DNA from: Chthoniobacteraceae bacterium
Lineage (GTDB): Bacteria > Verrucomicrobiota > Verrucomicrobiia > Chthoniobacterales > Chthoniobacteraceae
Reading direction: 5' to 3'
DNA: 64,000 bases
Assembly (NCBI GenBank): GCA_031409335.1
Contig: JANNWY010000012.1
Coordinates: 14,803-78,802, forward strand
Under the pieces are notes generated by a model, which made no database searches, had not been told where the DNA came from, and saw only the letters and a program-made list of their open reading frames with translations. This document shows positions 61,996 through 64,000 of this stretch, one piece after another (position 1 is the stretch's first letter; every line of letters starts with the position of its first letter). The translations under genes and the position numbers were made by a program.

Positions 61996-62901
61996 ATGAC
62001 GCTCGACACCATCGCCAACGAACAAGCGGAATCCTTTCTCCCGAGAATCCCGGCTGCCTCGGTGCATTGCGTTTTGAGTGACATTCCATACGGCATCGGC
62101 GCTGAAGAGTGGGACGTGCTACATGACAATACCAACTCGGCTTACCTCGGAAGCAGCCCTGCACAGGAGAAGGCAGGAAGAATTTTCAAAGCGCGTGGCA
62201 AGCCGCTCAACGGTTGGTCGGAAGCGGATCGGCAGATTCCACATCAATACTACGATTGGTGCTCCACATGGGCTCCGTTGTGTTTGCGCGCTCTCAAACC
62301 CGGTTCCTCCGCCATCATCTTTGCAGGTCGCAGGCTCTCGCACCGCTGCATCTGCGCTTTCGAGGACGCAGGCTTTACACTCAAGGATGTCTTGGCGTGG
62401 ATGCGCCCCCGTGCGCCGCACCGCGCTCAGCGTATGAGTATCGTCTTTGAGCGCAGGGGCGATGAAAAGATGGCTCAGAAGTGGCAGGGATGGCGTTTGG
62501 GAAACCTGCGACCAGTCTTCGAGCCGATTCTGTGGTTCACGAAACCCTACACAATCGGAACGACTATTGCCGATAACGCGCGCGACCACGGCACCGGGGG
62601 CTACAACGAGGACGCGTTCGTGCGATATAGCGGCCAGCCGAACAATGTCCTGGAGTTTGGTTTTTCGTCCGGCGAAGCCGGTCTCCATCCAACGCAAAAG
62701 CCTGTGATGCTCATGCAGGCTTTGATCGAGCTAACGACGCAGCCGGGGCAGACGATTCTCGACCCATTTTGCGGTAGCGGCTCAACGCTCGTCGCGGCGC
62801 GAAATACCGGCAGGCGCTTCTTGGGGTGCGATGAGAACGCGGAGTATTGCGAAGTAGCCACTAAGCGTCTCGAAGCGGACCTTTTCTCAGCCGTCTCGTA
62901 G
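61996..62901 (+). CDS. N6-adenine DNA methyltransferase, beta class (M.HindIII-like)
   Basis: SDIPY before HPTQKP and LDPFCGSGST. Confidence 0.9.
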   Translation: MTLDTIANEQAESFLPRIPAASVHCVLSDIPYGIGAEEWDVLHDNTNSAYLGSSPAQEKAGRIFKARGKPLNGWSEADRQIPHQYYDWCSTWAPLCLRALKPGSSAIIFAGRRLSHRCICAFEDAGFTLKDVLAWMRPRAPHRAQRMSIVFERRGDEKMAQKWQGWRLGNLRPVFEPILWFTKPYTIGTTIADNARDHGTGGYNEDAFVRYSGQPNNVLEFGFSSGEAGLHPTQKPVMLMQALIELTTQPGQTILDPFCGSGSTLVAARNTGRRFLGCDENAEYCEVATKRLEADLFSAVS

Positions 62902-62940
62902 GCGGGCACTGTGCTGAGACATGGCATGCACCCGCGTCAT

Positions 62941-62980
62941 CCCGGCGGGGACGAATTTCCCCGCCGGGAGCTTTGCTTTT
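62941..62980 (+). terminator. Hairpin between convergent MTase and nucleotidyltransferase genes
   Basis: CCCGGCGGGGA-CGAATT-TCCCCGCCGGG followed by T-rich tract. Confidence 0.6.
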
Positions 62981-63756
62981 TAAGCTGCGAGCGCGTAGCG
63001 ACGGAAGAAGCCGTTCAGATCCTCCACTTCACCGGCGGCATCGTCTGGCTCATTGAGCGTTTCGAGCCTCGGCAGTTCGGCCTCGATGAAACGCGTGAGC
63101 GCTTCGACCGGCGGCGCAACGGCCAGTTCTTCGCCGGCCTGCTTGCGCGCGACGAGTTCGGCGAGCGCGGCGCGCACGTCGGCTTCGTCGAGCACGCCCT
63201 CCACGAGCTGCGCGAAGAGCATCGGCACCTGGCCGAGCTGGCGTTCGATCCAGCGGCACGCGAGCAGTGGACGGAAGACGTAGAGATACTTCTTCAGACT
63301 CACTTCCTCGCGGTCGCGCAGGTAATCGCGCCAGTTGCCGTAAGCCATGTGCAGGTAGTGCGCGAAGCAGCGGCGCGGCGAATAGAACTCCGTCGCGAGC
63401 GCGCCGAACTCGGCGGCGAAGACCGGATCGTGACGATACACGACCGGTGACTTCAGCCATTCGAGCAGCGGCGGGTTACCCTTGCGTAGGAGCCGCAGCG
63501 CCTTGCGCAGCTCCCAGCCGCTCACGTCGAGATCATCGGCGATGGGCTGTTCGATGACGTCGCGCCGGTCCTCGACCGAGAGATACCAGTCGCGCCGGTG
63601 GACGTAGAGGAAGCGCACATCGTAGTCGCTGTCGCTCGAGGCAAAGCCCCACGCGCGGCTGCCGCTCTCGCACGCGAAAAGCACGCGCACGTTCCGCTCG
63701 GCCTCGACCTGAGCGAGCGCGTTGCGGACGCGCTGGAAGACTTCGTTCCCGTGCAT
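62980..63756 (-). CDS. Pol-beta superfamily nucleotidyltransferase (YcgL/RlaP-like)
   Basis: ESGSRAWGFASSDSDYDVRF, DVSGWELRKAL, NPPLLEWL, KKYLY; SD AAAGGAGG and TATAAT upstream. Confidence 0.9.
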   Translation of the reverse strand: MHGNEVFQRVRNALAQVEAERNVRVLFACESGSRAWGFASSDSDYDVRFLYVHRRDWYLSVEDRRDVIEQPIADDLDVSGWELRKALRLLRKGNPPLLEWLKSPVVYRHDPVFAAEFGALATEFYSPRRCFAHYLHMAYGNWRDYLRDREEVSLKKYLYVFRPLLACRWIERQLGQVPMLFAQLVEGVLDEADVRAALAELVARKQAGEELAVAPPVEALTRFIEAELPRLETLNEPDDAAGEVEDLNGFFRRYALAA

Positions 63757-63859
63757 GGGAACCTCCTTTCTATGTTGCTGGATTATACTCTGAGGCCGAA
63801 TCTGCCTAGCGCGTGAATCGAGTCGCGACGGTTGAGCGTGACAAGCGTGTGACCGTCTA

Positions 63860-64000
63860 ACAGCCTGTTGAAAAACCTTCCAACAAGGCAGAGCTAGAAG
63901 GATAGATAGAGGCAATATGTTTGAGCGACGCGAAGACAGCGAAAAACAAAAAGAACTCTGGGTGCTTGCAGGAGAGTTACCCGAAGCCACGCCCGACGCT
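63860..64000 (+). mobile_element. Left end of an IS1182/IS5-like insertion sequence; transposase start at 63917, truncated by window
   Basis: ACAGCCTGTTGAAAAA terminal-repeat-like sequence after CTA; MFERREDSEKQKELWVLAGELPEATPDA resembles such transposase N-termini. Confidence 0.6.

Noticed and set aside
60680..62915. GGGCAC at both flanks of the R-M cassette as a target-site duplication
   Set aside because: Only about 6 bp of identity, expected by chance in GC-rich DNA.

Overview
GC-rich bacterial chromosomal segment, most consistent with a Verrucomicrobiota (Chthoniobacter/Spartobacteria-like) genome; this is inferred from gene content, codon style and repeat types. The left end carries a minus-strand Wzx/Wzy-type exopolysaccharide cluster (beta-barrel, wza, wzc, GT4, double-GT4 fusion, flippase, partial polymerase). 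Housekeeping genes are scattered throughout (infA, rpsP, khpA, ffh, pabB, miaA, hisG, cobA-hemD, tadA, rplS, rnhB, tRNA-Glu, tRNA-Arg). The most notable accessory modules are: (1) an operon of GrpE-like, lid-less Hsp70, HPD-less J-like/SUMF1-domain fusion and GNAT genes (50.3-54.9 kb); (2) an RNA-repair locus (RlaP-like nucleotidyltransferase, RtcB, HNH) interrupted by an inverted HindIII-family R-M cassette led by a small Cys-rich ORF (58.6-63.8 kb); (3) an MNIO/DUF692 bufferin-like RiPP cluster next to dsbD (19.8-24.8 kb); (4) a secreted FN3-like plus RNase-like toxin gene followed by a CPCC-type Cys-rich partner (12.8-13.8 kb); (5) a DUF4331-TPR-HupE/UreJ cluster (38-41.8 kb). There is also a dead ISL3 carrying an in-frame REP-like insert, the left end of an IS1182/IS5-like element, and several families of palindromic intergenic repeats. 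All calls come from reading motifs by eye; no database searches were run.
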